DNA from: an uncultured Methanosarcinales archaeon
GTDB taxonomy: Archaea > Halobacteriota > Methanosarcinia > Methanotrichales > Methanotrichaceae
Direction of reading: 5' to 3'
Assembly: GCA_963843555.1 (NCBI GenBank)
Contig: CAWJKV010000005.1
Span: forward strand, 224,001-288,000
DNA length: 64,000 nt
Shown: in pieces, positions 40,156 to 50,065 of the stretch
Layout of the letters: the number at the start of each line of letters is the position of its first letter
How positions within the stretch are numbered: position 1 is the stretch's first letter
The notes under the pieces: model-generated
Told to the model about the DNA's origin: nothing
Databases searched by the model: none
Seen by the model: the letters and a program-made list of their open reading frames with translations, nothing else
Translations under genes and position numbers: made by a program

Positions 40156-40635
40156 ATGAACGAGATATTGGAGATCCTTTCTGAAAACGCCAAGGCGACA
40201 CCTTCTGAAGTCGCGGCGCTGCTGGGCAGATCTGAAGCGGATGTGGCCCAAGAGATACGGGAATTGGAGGAAGCGGGCATCATAAGAAAATACATCACCC
40301 TGATCAACTGGGAGAAGCTCGACCAGAGCCTTGTCTTCGCCGTCCTGGAGCTGAAGGTGGCCTTGCAGCGCAAGACCGGTTATGACGCTGTGGCGGAAAG
40401 GATCGCCAGGTTCTCTGAGGTGGAGTCGGTGAGGCTCATCTCCGGAGGACACGATCTCTCAGTCACTGTGCGGGGCAAGTCCATGAAGGATATAGCGTAC
40501 TTCGTGGCGGAGAGGATCGCCCCGCTGGAAGGCGTCCAATCGACGTGCACCCACTTCATCCTTAAGAGTTACAAGGAACACGGCGTCATCCTGACCGATA
40601 AACCTAAGCCCAAGAGGTTGGTGATAACTCCATGA
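40156..40635 (+). CDS. Lrp/AsnC family transcriptional regulator
   Basis: ILEILSENAK HTH; EVESVRLISGGHDL; THFILKSYKEHG. Confidence 0.92.
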   Translation: MNEILEILSENAKATPSEVAALLGRSEADVAQEIRELEEAGIIRKYITLINWEKLDQSLVFAVLELKVALQRKTGYDAVAERIARFSEVESVRLISGGHDLSVTVRGKSMKDIAYFVAERIAPLEGVQSTCTHFILKSYKEHGVILTDKPKPKRLVITP

Positions 40636-41827
40636 AGCAGAGCCTCAAAAATGTTCCAGCCTGGAATGCTGATAGGCACCTAAATAAGGCGGTCAGAGAC
40701 ATGCCGCCTTCGGGGATACGCAAGTTCTTCGACTTGGTGAGCGAGATGGAAGGGGCGATCTCTCTGGGCGTGGGCGAGCCGGATTTTGTCACGCCCTGGC
40801 ATGTGCGCGAGGCCTGCATCTATTCACTGGAGTCTGGAAACACTCACTATACCTCTAACAAGGGGATGCCGGAGCTGAGGGAGGTCATCTGTGATCAGGC
40901 TTACACTGATCTGGGATCTGGATTACGATCCCGCCGAGGAGATTCTGATCACCACAGGCGTGAGCGAAGCCGTGGACCTGGCTTTTCGAGCCACGCTCAA
41001 CCCTGGCGACGAGGCTATTGTGCCCGAGCCCTGTTATGTGGCCTATACTCCGGATATCATCCTGGCGGGAGGGGTGCCCAAGACGGTTCCCACGCGCCTG
41101 GAAGACGAGTTCCGGGTGCAGCCTGAGGAGATTGCCAGGGCCGTGACTGAGAAGACCAAGAGCCTTCTGCTCAGCTATCCCAACAACCCCACCGGCGCGA
41201 TAATGACGCGCTCCGACCTGGAGGACCTGGCGGACGTCGTGGTGGAGAACGATCTGATTGTCATATCGGATGAGGTCTATGGCAAGCTCTGCTACTCCGG
41301 CAGCCACGCCAGCTTTGCTCAACTGGAGGGCATGAAGGAGAGGACGGTCATCTTAAACGGCCTTTCCAAGTCGCATGCCATGACCGGCTGGCGCGTCGGC
41401 TACGTGCTGGGCGATCCAGCAGCTGGTCGCGGCCATGACCAAGATACATCAGTACACCATGCTCTCTGCACCCACCATGGCCCAGGTGGCGGGGCTGGAG
41501 GCATTGCAGAAGGGCGAGGAGGAGATGCTGAACATGAAGCATGAGTACGATCTGCGGCGGCGCATGTTCGTCTCCGGCCTGAACCGCATCGGCCTGGACT
41601 GCTTCGAGCCCAGAGGGGCGTTCTATGCCTTCCCGTCCATAAAAGCCTGGGGTCTGTCATCAGAGGAGTTTGCGGAGCGCCTGCTGCATGAGCAGAAGGT
41701 AGCGGTTGTGCCGGGCGATGTCTTCGGACCGAGCGGCGAGGGTTTCCTGCGCTGCAGCTATGCCACCTCCCGTGAGGAGCTGATCGAGGCTCTGGACAGG
41801 ATGGAGACATTCATCAAGGGCCTGTGA
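40632..41827 (+). CDS. Class I/II PLP-dependent aminotransferase, two frameshifts (~40905, ~41420)
   Basis: SLGVGEPDF, YPNNPTG, ISDEVY, GLSKSHAMTGWRVG, PRGAFYAFP across three frames. Confidence 0.92.
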
Positions 41828-42447
41828 GACGATATAAGATGCTCAAAGCCAATCTCAGATCAGAGAAAACGGACCGTCTGGCGGGTGGGCTGGCGGCTCT
41901 GGGCCTCTCGCCCAACACCTGGACACTTCTCTCGCTGGTGCCGGCGCTGTTTGGTCTGGCGGCATTGGTTATGCACCAACTCGCCTACGGCCTGGTGCTC
42001 TTTGCCCTTTCCGCTTTTATCGATCTCGTGGACGGGACGGTAGCCCGCGTGACAAATCAGGCCACGAATAAAGGAGCCTTCATCGACGGGGTTGTGGACA
42101 GGTATGTCGAGATGATGCTGTATCTCGGGCTTTTGCTATATCTTGGCAGAGGAGAATTTCTGAGTATTCCCAATGAGGCCTGGTTTATGGTGCTCATATT
42201 CGGGGCAATGATGACCAGTTTTGTGAGGGCCTATGCCGATCACCGCGGCATTGTAAAGGACCCCGCGGAGCTGAAGAGGATGGGCGGACTCCTGGAGCGG
42301 ATGGAGCGGCTGATGCTTCTTTATGCTGGGATGTTTCTCGGGCTCTTCAATATAGAGTGGATGATGGCGGTGATAGCCATAACCGCGGTTCTGGCGAATG
42401 CGACGGCTCTGCAGAGGATAGCATTCGCAATGAGAAAAGGAAAATGA
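41824..42447 (+). CDS. CDP-alcohol phosphatidyltransferase (archaetidylinositol phosphate synthase-like)
   Basis: SPNTWT, DLVDGTVAR...GAFIDGVVDRYVE. Confidence 0.92.
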   Translation: MRRYKMLKANLRSEKTDRLAGGLAALGLSPNTWTLLSLVPALFGLAALVMHQLAYGLVLFALSAFIDLVDGTVARVTNQATNKGAFIDGVVDRYVEMMLYLGLLLYLGRGEFLSIPNEAWFMVLIFGAMMTSFVRAYADHRGIVKDPAELKRMGGLLERMERLMLLYAGMFLGLFNIEWMMAVIAITAVLANATALQRIAFAMRKGK

Positions 42448-42490
42448 TGCTAAATGATGCTGGGCATTAATTCTTGAAGCGATAGCGCCG

Positions 42491-42903
42491 TTAAAGAAGC
42501 TTCTTGATGGCATCGGTGATGGACAAACCTCAATGATGTCAACTTCTTTTATGCCATCAAAATGGGCATCATTGGATATCAAGACCGCTCCAGTATGCAA
42601 ACAGGTTGCTGCATGGACTACGTCCGCTTCAGATCCTGGAGGGAAGTATGGTTTGCACTTGAGAATATCCTCTTCCGATTGCTCAATGACAATGACCCTT
42701 CTTCGAATGAGTTCAAAAAAGCCATGCGCTTCAAACTTAAGGGCGTATCTTTCATATTCTGAGATAAGGATGTCATCGGCGACCAATTCCCAGGTCCCTT
42801 CAATTAGGTTTACAAGGAGTTCGGTGCTTTTCGTTTTCCCGCTCTTGACTGCTGCTACGAAAAGATTGGTATCAATCAAGAACTTGGTATTTCTTTCGGG
42901 CAA
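42491..42903 (-). CDS. PIN-domain toxin (VapC-like); frameshift near 42522
   Basis: FLIDTNLFV, ADVVHAATC, LISNDAHF; corrected frame ends SITDAIKKLL*. Confidence 0.85.
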
Positions 42904-43153
42904 GCCTGTTTGCCTCTTCCTCGATCTCTTCTTCCAGCCGGTCCAAGTCTGCGTTTTTGGCCTTCTCTATGATATCCTCAATCATGGCGCGTAGATCGAC
43001 TCTTTTCAGAACGAGGGCATCAGGGCCAAGCTCATCCACGATAAATTCGTCACCAGGGCAAATGTCCAACTTCGTGCGAAGCTCACTGGGAAGAACCACC
43101 CTGCCTTTTTCATCTACTTTTGTAAAGGGCATGAACTCACTCTTGCATCCCAT
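42872..43153 (-). CDS. AbrB/MazE-type antitoxin
   Basis: TKVDEKGRVVLPSELRTKLDI; overlaps the PIN gene. Confidence 0.9.
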   Translation of the reverse strand: MGCKSEFMPFTKVDEKGRVVLPSELRTKLDICPGDEFIVDELGPDALVLKRVDLRAMIEDIIEKAKNADLDRLEEEIEEEANRLARKKYQVLD

Positions 43154-43294
43154 ATGTGGGATATGATCTTATTAAGACTTTTGCATTTCCACCCTCAATG
43201 TTTAAAATAACATACGTCAATAAAAATATCAAGATAGCTTCTCCAAATTTCAGCTCGATACTTTTATCATTTCTGCCGTCAGGCCTAGGGGAGA

Positions 43295-43520
43295 ATGTCC
43301 CCGGATTCGCGCCCCTTCAAGAACAGCAATCTGTTCTCCAATCACTACCTTGAGAAGCTGGTCAAAGACAGCCCGGAGTGGCAAGACGAGGCGGGCCTGG
43401 CGGAGGCTTTCGCCAGGATCAAAGAGCTCTATCTACGCAAGGCGCGCGTCCTGGAGAACTACAACGAGTCCCAGCTGGAGGAGAATTTTATCCGCCCGGT
43501 GCTGCGGCTGCTGGGCACTG
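43295..43520 (+). pseudogene. N-terminal remnant of a type IIG (Eco57I-like) restriction-modification protein
   Basis: NSNLFSNHYLEK...PEW...NESQLEENFIRPVLRLLG, then an abrupt change to unrelated AT-rich sequence. Confidence 0.6.
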
Positions 43521-43642
43521 GATTAAATTTAGTGTCTTCCTTAGAAATGTTACTGATCAGAGCATATTATTTATCTTCAGGACAGACAGAATTCATTCTG
43601 CATTCGGTGATTGCCCACGAAGAGGTCCTTGGAGTGCATCTC

Positions 43643-44053
43643 CTAGATTAGCTGCACATTCCTGGTCGATTTGGCCTTCTCATACAGCTTTCTGTCCAGC
43701 GTCAAGAGTGGCACTTGCCTTCTCTCAGCCGCGGCCAGAAAGAGTGAGTCGTAGAAATCGGTCCTGGTCTCAACAGAGACGCTGTATGCCTCTATGGTCA
43801 GATCCTCTGCCCGGACGAGCTCACACGCCTCAGTGATAAAACTCTGGCACTTCCGAAAGGCCGCCAAGGTCAGGTCTTTATCTTCTCCGCAGAGGACGAC
43901 CAGTTTCCAGGCCACATTCCCAACTTCAGCGATTGCAAGGTCCAGGGTGATCAGGTCGGATTTTGCGGCTGCATCCAACGCCCTCATGGAGGCATCTTCT
44001 TTGAAGAACATGGCTGCGATCACACTTGAATCAAGGACTACTTCATATGGCAT
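43643..44053 (-). CDS. vapC: VapC PIN-domain toxin
   Basis: VVLDSSVI, EVGNVAWK, FYDSLFLAAA, LLTLDRKL. Confidence 0.92.
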   Translation of the reverse strand: MPYEVVLDSSVIAAMFFKEDASMRALDAAAKSDLITLDLAIAEVGNVAWKLVVLCGEDKDLTLAAFRKCQSFITEACELVRAEDLTIEAYSVSVETRTDFYDSLFLAAAERRQVPLLTLDRKLYEKAKSTRNVQLI

Positions 44054-44270
44054 CCCGATCCTCCCTGACCATCTCCGCTGCCCCGATTTTATTGGGGCTT
44101 TGGTTCGTCCACAGCTCTTTTGCCTCCGTCAGGAGCCTCTGCTTTTTCTTCTCCCGGACTATCCTCTCCACCGACTGCCTGATCTCAACCTGCCAGTTGA
44201 CGTCACTCATTTCATCCATCATCCGGCGAATACGACCGTCTATACGAATGCTGTAAACATTGGTGGACAT
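44043..44270 (-). CDS. vapB: VapB-type antitoxin (RHH)
   Basis: VYSIRID...VNWQVEIR...AAEMVREDRDA; overlaps vapC. Confidence 0.85.
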   Translation of the reverse strand: MSTNVYSIRIDGRIRRMMDEMSDVNWQVEIRQSVERIVREKKKQRLLTEAKELWTNQSPNKIGAAEMVREDRDAI

Positions 44271-44438
44271 AATGATACATGTTTACGATCTAAGTATATG
44301 GACTTAGCGGCAGAGCCTGCAAATCAATTGCAGCTCTTCCGGTGTTTTTGCTTTATTGTTTTGGCAGGGCAGCTGCTTAATGAGTTTCTGGGGATAGGCA
44401 TATCTATTCTGAAGTAAATAAAAGCATGAGTTGATCTT

Positions 44439-44768
44439 ATGGATGAAGTAGATCAAATGAGAGTAAATCAAGCAAGCGCATCAATGGATTCAGGACAAAA
44501 AGCGTTGCTCTACGAGGTGATGAAGAAGAATGTTGGTTTGATTACGCTTATCAGCATTTTCATTCCCGGTGGAGGTCAGATATATTTAAGCCAATATCTA
44601 AAGGGCATATTGATCTTGCTCCTCTCCTGGCTAATTATACCTTGGCTATATGGCATATATGATGCACATACGACTGCAAACAGATTCAACCTCGAGCTGT
44701 ATGGGTTGATCTACCCAGAGTCGTCAGCTCTCGCATTGAATTCTGTGAAAATTCAGGTGCAGGAGTAG
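44439..44768 (+). CDS. TM2-domain small membrane protein
   Basis: LISIFIPGGGQIYL...KGILILL...WLYGIYDA. Confidence 0.8.
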   Translation: MDEVDQMRVNQASASMDSGQKALLYEVMKKNVGLITLISIFIPGGGQIYLSQYLKGILILLLSWLIIPWLYGIYDAHTTANRFNLELYGLIYPESSALALNSVKIQVQE

Positions 44769-44886
44769 GTTTACAGCCAAGGAACGCCAAAACAGTTCCT
44801 TGAAAGGGGGATATGACATCAATTGAATCAGGTGCGTATCTGGTAGGATCGTTGGCCTATCTCCTTGTGGATTGGGATATAAAGAT

Positions 44887-45699
44887 CTATTCTGCCGAAA
44901 CGATTTCCAGATCCTCCCTGGCATGGAGACCCTTATGCACTACCCCGCAGATGCGGCGTACGATGAGCTCGGGGCTTTCATGCTGGAAGACATTCCTGCC
45001 GATGGCCACCCCCCGCGCTCCCGCTGATATGGCTCCTTCCAACATGCAGAGCAGGTCCAGCTCTGACTCCACTCTCGGCCCTCCTGCAATGACCACTGGA
45101 ACGGGGCAGCTCTCCACCACCCGGGCAAAGCTGTCCGGGTCGCCTGTGTAGTTGGTCTTTACAATATCAGCTCCAAGCTCTGCTCCAACTCGAGCCGCGT
45201 GGGCGATGTACTCAGCACTATATTCGTCTTTGATCTTCTTTCCCCGGGGATACATCATAGCCAGCAGCGGCATACCCCACTCCTGGCAGTCGCGAGAGAT
45301 CTCACCCAGAGTTGAGAGCATGCGACTTTCATCCTCTGCACCCACATTGACGTGAATGCTCACGCCATCCGCTCCGATCTTCAGAGCCTCTTCCACAGTG
45401 GCCACCAGGACTTTATTGTTGGGGTCCGGGCCTAGATTAGTGGAGGCGGAGAGATGAATGATCAGTCCCAGGTCTCGGCCGTAGCCGCGATTGCCGAATA
45501 TGGCCGCCCCCTTGTGCACCACGGCGGCATCCGCCCCTCCTCGGGCTACAGCATCAGCGATAGTCTTGACGCACTTGATGCCTTTTATGGGGCCGGCAGT
45601 GACCCCGTGGTCCATGGGAATTATGACTGCTCTTCCTGTACTGCGGTTGAATATTCTCTCCAGGCGAATCGATGTTCCTCTCAATTTTGGCACCCCCAC
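44887..45699 (-). CDS. aroA': 2-amino-3,7-dideoxy-D-threo-hept-6-ulosonate synthase (class I aldolase, DhnA family)
   Basis: [47 protein letters not shown]. Confidence 0.88.
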   Translation of the reverse strand: MGVPKLRGTSIRLERIFNRSTGRAVIIPMDHGVTAGPIKGIKCVKTIADAVARGGADAAVVHKGAAIFGNRGYGRDLGLIIHLSASTNLGPDPNNKVLVATVEEALKIGADGVSIHVNVGAEDESRMLSTLGEISRDCQEWGMPLLAMMYPRGKKIKDEYSAEYIAHAARVGAELGADIVKTNYTGDPDSFARVVESCPVPVVIAGGPRVESELDLLCMLEGAISAGARGVAIGRNVFQHESPELIVRRICGVVHKGLHAREDLEIVSAE

Positions 45700-45853
45700 A
45701 GAGTATGTTTTTAATGTACATATTAGTACAACATAGTCTATCTTATTACTACAATGAGCATCAATGTGTATTTATAGTTTGCCGTTCTATCGGGCCTGAA
45801 ATGGTCCTGGAATCAGTAAGCCTGAAATAGTGGCATGACGCCGTATCCTCGGA

Positions 45854-46885
45854 GTGATTCCGATGGGTGGCGGTGTGTCTTATATTAAGAGGCTGCAAAA
45901 ACTGGCAGGAATGACGTTGATTGCGTCCCTGCTGGCAGCTCTCTATCTCAACCTGGTTTTAGGCATAGCACTGGCGGGCACAGAGACCGGCGAATTCTGT
46001 CCCACCTGCCCGGACTGGACCAACCTGGAAGGCTGGCTGGCCCAGAAGGAGGCCTATGAGAGAGCCCAGGGAGCAGGCCAGCCAAATGGACAGTCAAACG
46101 TACAGGCAACCGGCAATTCTGCAGCCGCAGCGCGGGCCGATCCGCCGAAAAAGGGCTATGCACTGCCCGAGCTCATCACCAGCCCTGCATCAATAAAGAG
46201 CGATCAGGTTATTCTGGACGTGAGGTCCAAACCGGACTACCTTTCCGGACATATCCCCGGCGCTAGAAGCCTGTACTGGAAAGATCTGCAAACAGATGGC
46301 GTTTTGGATCCATCCCGGGCCAAAGAGGCGCTGGGACGAGCCGGGGTGAACGAGAGCGACAGGCTCCTCGTCTACGGCGATTCCGGTGAGGGGGCAGCTT
46401 TCGTCTTCTGGGCGTTGAGCTATCTCGGGCATAAGGATGTTAGCCTGATTGACGGCGGCGCTGATGCGGCCCGGGATGCAGGAGTTGCTTTAACAACAAA
46501 TGCACCGTCTCTTGCGCCTACCAACTACTCCATCCATATCGTGCCATGGCTCCTGGCGACTTCCGAGGATCTGGAGAGCATGCTTGCAGAGGCTGATATT
46601 GGGATTGTGGATGCGCGTGACTTTTCTGAATACGGCAGGAATAGAATTAATAGATCTCTCAGTCTCTCTCTCGATAAAATCTATGAAGACTCCATGATCA
46701 AAGATGCCGCCACGCTGGAAGATCTGTTCGGGCGCCGCCTGGATGAATCAGGAACTGCCATCGTCTACGGCACACCGCAGGCTTACTCGCTCTTCTACAG
46801 CCTCAGGCTCATGGGCTATAATGCAACCCTGCTGGAAGGCGACTGGTGGAAAGAGACGAAATGGGCTGTGAGCAATGTAAGATAA
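45854..46885 (+). CDS. Exported tandem rhodanese-domain protein with N-terminal CPTC motif
   Basis: Signal/TM segment, GEFCPTCPDW, LDVRS..YLSGHIPGA, IVDARD. Confidence 0.8.
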   Translation: MIPMGGGVSYIKRLQKLAGMTLIASLLAALYLNLVLGIALAGTETGEFCPTCPDWTNLEGWLAQKEAYERAQGAGQPNGQSNVQATGNSAAAARADPPKKGYALPELITSPASIKSDQVILDVRSKPDYLSGHIPGARSLYWKDLQTDGVLDPSRAKEALGRAGVNESDRLLVYGDSGEGAAFVFWALSYLGHKDVSLIDGGADAARDAGVALTTNAPSLAPTNYSIHIVPWLLATSEDLESMLAEADIGIVDARDFSEYGRNRINRSLSLSLDKIYEDSMIKDAATLEDLFGRRLDESGTAIVYGTPQAYSLFYSLRLMGYNATLLEGDWWKETKWAVSNVR

Positions 46886-46947
46886 GCCCCATTCCACATT
46901 TTTTTATTTTGTACGTAGGGCGTTTGAACTTGTGAGCCAAGTGCTCC

Positions 46948-47908
46948 TCAAATATCCCTGAGGAGCGCCTTCACTGCCATTTCGATGGCCTCTGCCGATC
47001 CCAGCCGGGGCGTCCAGCCAAGCCTTTTGATCTTCTCTATGGAGAGCAGCATGACTTTCACGTCTCCCTTCCAGCCCCGGCCATCGACGCCGCCCGTATA
47101 ATCGTACTCGACATCCGTTGAGGCCCATCTGCTCCACAACTATGTCAGCGATCTCTGTCACATCCACGGAGTCGGTTGAACCTATGTTGAAGACATTGGT
47201 CTCGTCACCGGAGCCTTCCACAGTGTCTACCATGGCTTGAACACAATCCTTCACTTCCAGGTAGGACTTGCGCTGCTTGCCTGATCCCAGTATCTCCAGT
47301 CGCTCGGGATTTTCCCGCAATTTTCGGATGAAGTCCACCAGGACTCCGTGAGTGCCCCGCTCACCCACGATGTTGGCAAATCGATAGACCCAGGATTGCA
47401 TCTCGAAGGTGTGGCAATAGGAAGAGATCAGCGCCTCGCAGGAGAGCTTCGATGCGCCGTAAAGGGAGATGGGCAGCAGAGGGCCATAGTCCTCAGGTGT
47501 GGGCACCGTTGCCGCCTCGCCGTAAACTGTGGACGTAGAGGTGAATGCGATGCGTCGGACCCCATTCTTCCGCATGGCCTCCAGAAGATTATATGTGGCC
47601 TGCACATTTTGCTCCAGATGTACACTGGTGTTTTCTGCGCCCAGTTTCACATCGGGATTGGCGGCCAGATGAAAGACCAGATCCTTTCCTTCAATAGCTT
47701 TTTCCAGTATGCCGGCATCCTTCAGATCTCCTTCCAGCAGATGGAAATCCGGGTTGTCCTGGTGAGGGACCAGGAACTCTCTTTTTCCCGAGCTGAAGTT
47801 GTCCAGGACGGTTACTTCATTCTGCAAAAGCAACCTTTCCACGAGGTGGCTGCCTATGAAGCCTGCGCCACCTGTGACGAGGATGGATTGACCCTTGAGC
47901 ATCATCAT
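46948..47908 (-). CDS. NAD-dependent epimerase/dehydratase (UDP-glucose 4-epimerase-like); frameshift near 47115
   Basis: ILVTGGAGFIGSHL, FTSTSTVYG, YGASK; C-terminus GWKGDVK in the shifted frame. Confidence 0.92.
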
Positions 47909-48234
47909 AAGTAAATTCTCTTCAGGGTAATCAAGGTTGTGGACTGGCGTGGAGCAGTTCCCACCACATATGACCATATATGCACACTGTCTATAGATTG
48001 GGTTTTGACCATTTCTGGGGAGAAGCCACTTTTGGGCAAATCGATTTTTTTCTCATAATAAAATATTTTTAAAAAGAAATGCAATTAGTAAGAGAGATAC
48101 TGACGATCTGGTATTTGAATATAATTATAATTATTGTCTTTGGATGTCATAATACTTAAATAGAATCCCACCTGCTATACTAAGGCTAGAGATTTAGAGC
48201 TTAAGGTTCAAAGGATTAATGGTGAGGTTGACTT

Positions 48235-49977
48235 ATGAAAGTTGCAATAGTAGGAGCAGAACTGGAAGAAAACCTGGGAATGCGCTACATGGCCTCTTCT
48301 CTGGAAAGCAAAGGGCACGTGGTAGAGATCGTTCCCTTCAACACGGAATGTGATATTCAAAATGTCGTGCAAAAGGTGAACTCGCTCTCTCCCCAGATTG
48401 TAGGTCTCTCCATGGTCTTCACGGGCAGGGGCAGAGAGTTCTGCAATCTGGCCGGGGCTTTGCGGGACGGAGGCTTCCGGGGTCACCTTACTGCGGGTGG
48501 GCCTTTCGCCTCTTTCAACTGTGAGGCTCTGTTGCGCGATTTTCCTGCCTTCGATTCCATCGCCCTTGGCGAAGGCGAGACGCTCTTCTGTACCCTGGCT
48601 GAGCATCTGGATGATCTCTCTCTGGTTCCCGGCCTATGCTACAGAAAATCGGATGGATCTGTGGTCACAAACCCGACCATTAGCGAACAGGACGATCTGG
48701 ATTCGCTGCCTTTTCCCAAGCGCACCACCTTCCACTCTTACTTTGGCAAACCCATCGCCAGCATTCTCACCAGCCGGGGCTGCTGGAGAAACTGCGCCTT
48801 TTGCAGCATCAATGCCTGGTATGACCGCGTGGGTGGAATGAAGTTCAGAGTAAGAAGCGTCGACAATATAGTGGCGGAGATGAAGGAGCTCTACGACAGA
48901 TACAATGTGCGCATATTCAACTTCCAGGATGATAACTTCTTCTTGCCCGAAAAGACGAAGGCCCTGCATAGATTCGAGGCCCTGCGGGACAGGCTCAAAC
49001 AGGAGGGCGTGGAGGATATCGCCATCGCCATCAAGGCCCGCCCGGACAGCATCACCCGTGAGTCTATAAGCGTGCTCGACGAACTGGGCCTCTTCCGGGT
49101 TTTCCTGGGAGTGGAGAATGCTTCCGAGAACGGTCTACGTAACCTCAACCGCAAGCAAACCGTTGATCAATCCCTGAATGCTCTGCAGATCTTGAACGAC
49201 TTCGATGTGCACCTGGCCTTCAATCTGCTCATGTTCGAGCCGGATACGGTCATGGACGACCTGCTGGTCAATCTGAGGTTCATGGAGCGGCATCTGGATA
49301 ATCCCTTCAACTTCTGCCGGGCCGAGGCCCATGCAGGCACCGGCCTGGAAGCAAAGCTGAACGCGGAGGGGCGGCTCCTGGGCGACTACTTCGGGCTGGA
49401 TTACCGGCTCAAAGACCCGCAGTGCGAGGCGTTTCACCAGGTCGTCAACTACGCCTTCTTTGACCGCAACTTCAGCGACTACGGCCTGCACTACTTCAAT
49501 ATGCAGGTGGACTTCACCTACCAGCTTCTGCGGCGATTCTATCCCGAGGTGCTGACCGAGTCCCTGAGGGGTGCCGTGAAGAGCTTCATCAAAGAGACAA
49601 ATCTGGACACCTACAAGTGCCTCTGCCAGACCTACGACTTTATCGAATCGACGGACCCCGGCAACCGTCTGGCGCTGCAGGGCTTTGCCGGTGAGATGAG
49701 GATGATTGTAGACGAGGGAAGCAGGGGTCTCCACACTCAGGGCGAACAAATCCTGGATGCTCTGAACAATGCCTATGACCGCCGTGGATTGGGCGAGTCG
49801 CGGGTTATGTCAGCGCCAATAGCAAGCGTTGTCTCGCCCTACTTCGGCATTGGAGGACCCGAACAAGGTGCCTATTCACCGGGCTCCATGGGCCTTGTCG
49901 ATCTCTTCGGACTGACACCGGTGCCCATACCCTATCAGACATTCAAGTCCCAACTATCCCGGCAAGAGGGAAGGTGA
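48235..49977 (+). CDS. Cobalamin-binding domain radical SAM enzyme
   Basis: B12-binding domain (EENLGMRYMASSL, VGLSM, AGGPFAS, LGEGE), SRGCWRNCAFC, FQDDNF, FLGVEN, helical C-terminal domain. Confidence 0.93.
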   Translation: MKVAIVGAELEENLGMRYMASSLESKGHVVEIVPFNTECDIQNVVQKVNSLSPQIVGLSMVFTGRGREFCNLAGALRDGGFRGHLTAGGPFASFNCEALLRDFPAFDSIALGEGETLFCTLAEHLDDLSLVPGLCYRKSDGSVVTNPTISEQDDLDSLPFPKRTTFHSYFGKPIASILTSRGCWRNCAFCSINAWYDRVGGMKFRVRSVDNIVAEMKELYDRYNVRIFNFQDDNFFLPEKTKALHRFEALRDRLKQEGVEDIAIAIKARPDSITRESISVLDELGLFRVFLGVENASENGLRNLNRKQTVDQSLNALQILNDFDVHLAFNLLMFEPDTVMDDLLVNLRFMERHLDNPFNFCRAEAHAGTGLEAKLNAEGRLLGDYFGLDYRLKDPQCEAFHQVVNYAFFDRNFSDYGLHYFNMQVDFTYQLLRRFYPEVLTESLRGAVKSFIKETNLDTYKCLCQTYDFIESTDPGNRLALQGFAGEMRMIVDEGSRGLHTQGEQILDALNNAYDRRGLGESRVMSAPIASVVSPYFGIGGPEQGAYSPGSMGLVDLFGLTPVPIPYQTFKSQLSRQEGR

Positions 49978-50065
49978 AACCGGATCTGAGCGCCTGGCTT
50001 ATGGGGAAATCCTTGTTGAAAAAGTATCAAATTTATTTATTAATATGAGTACGGAGGTTAGTTTA

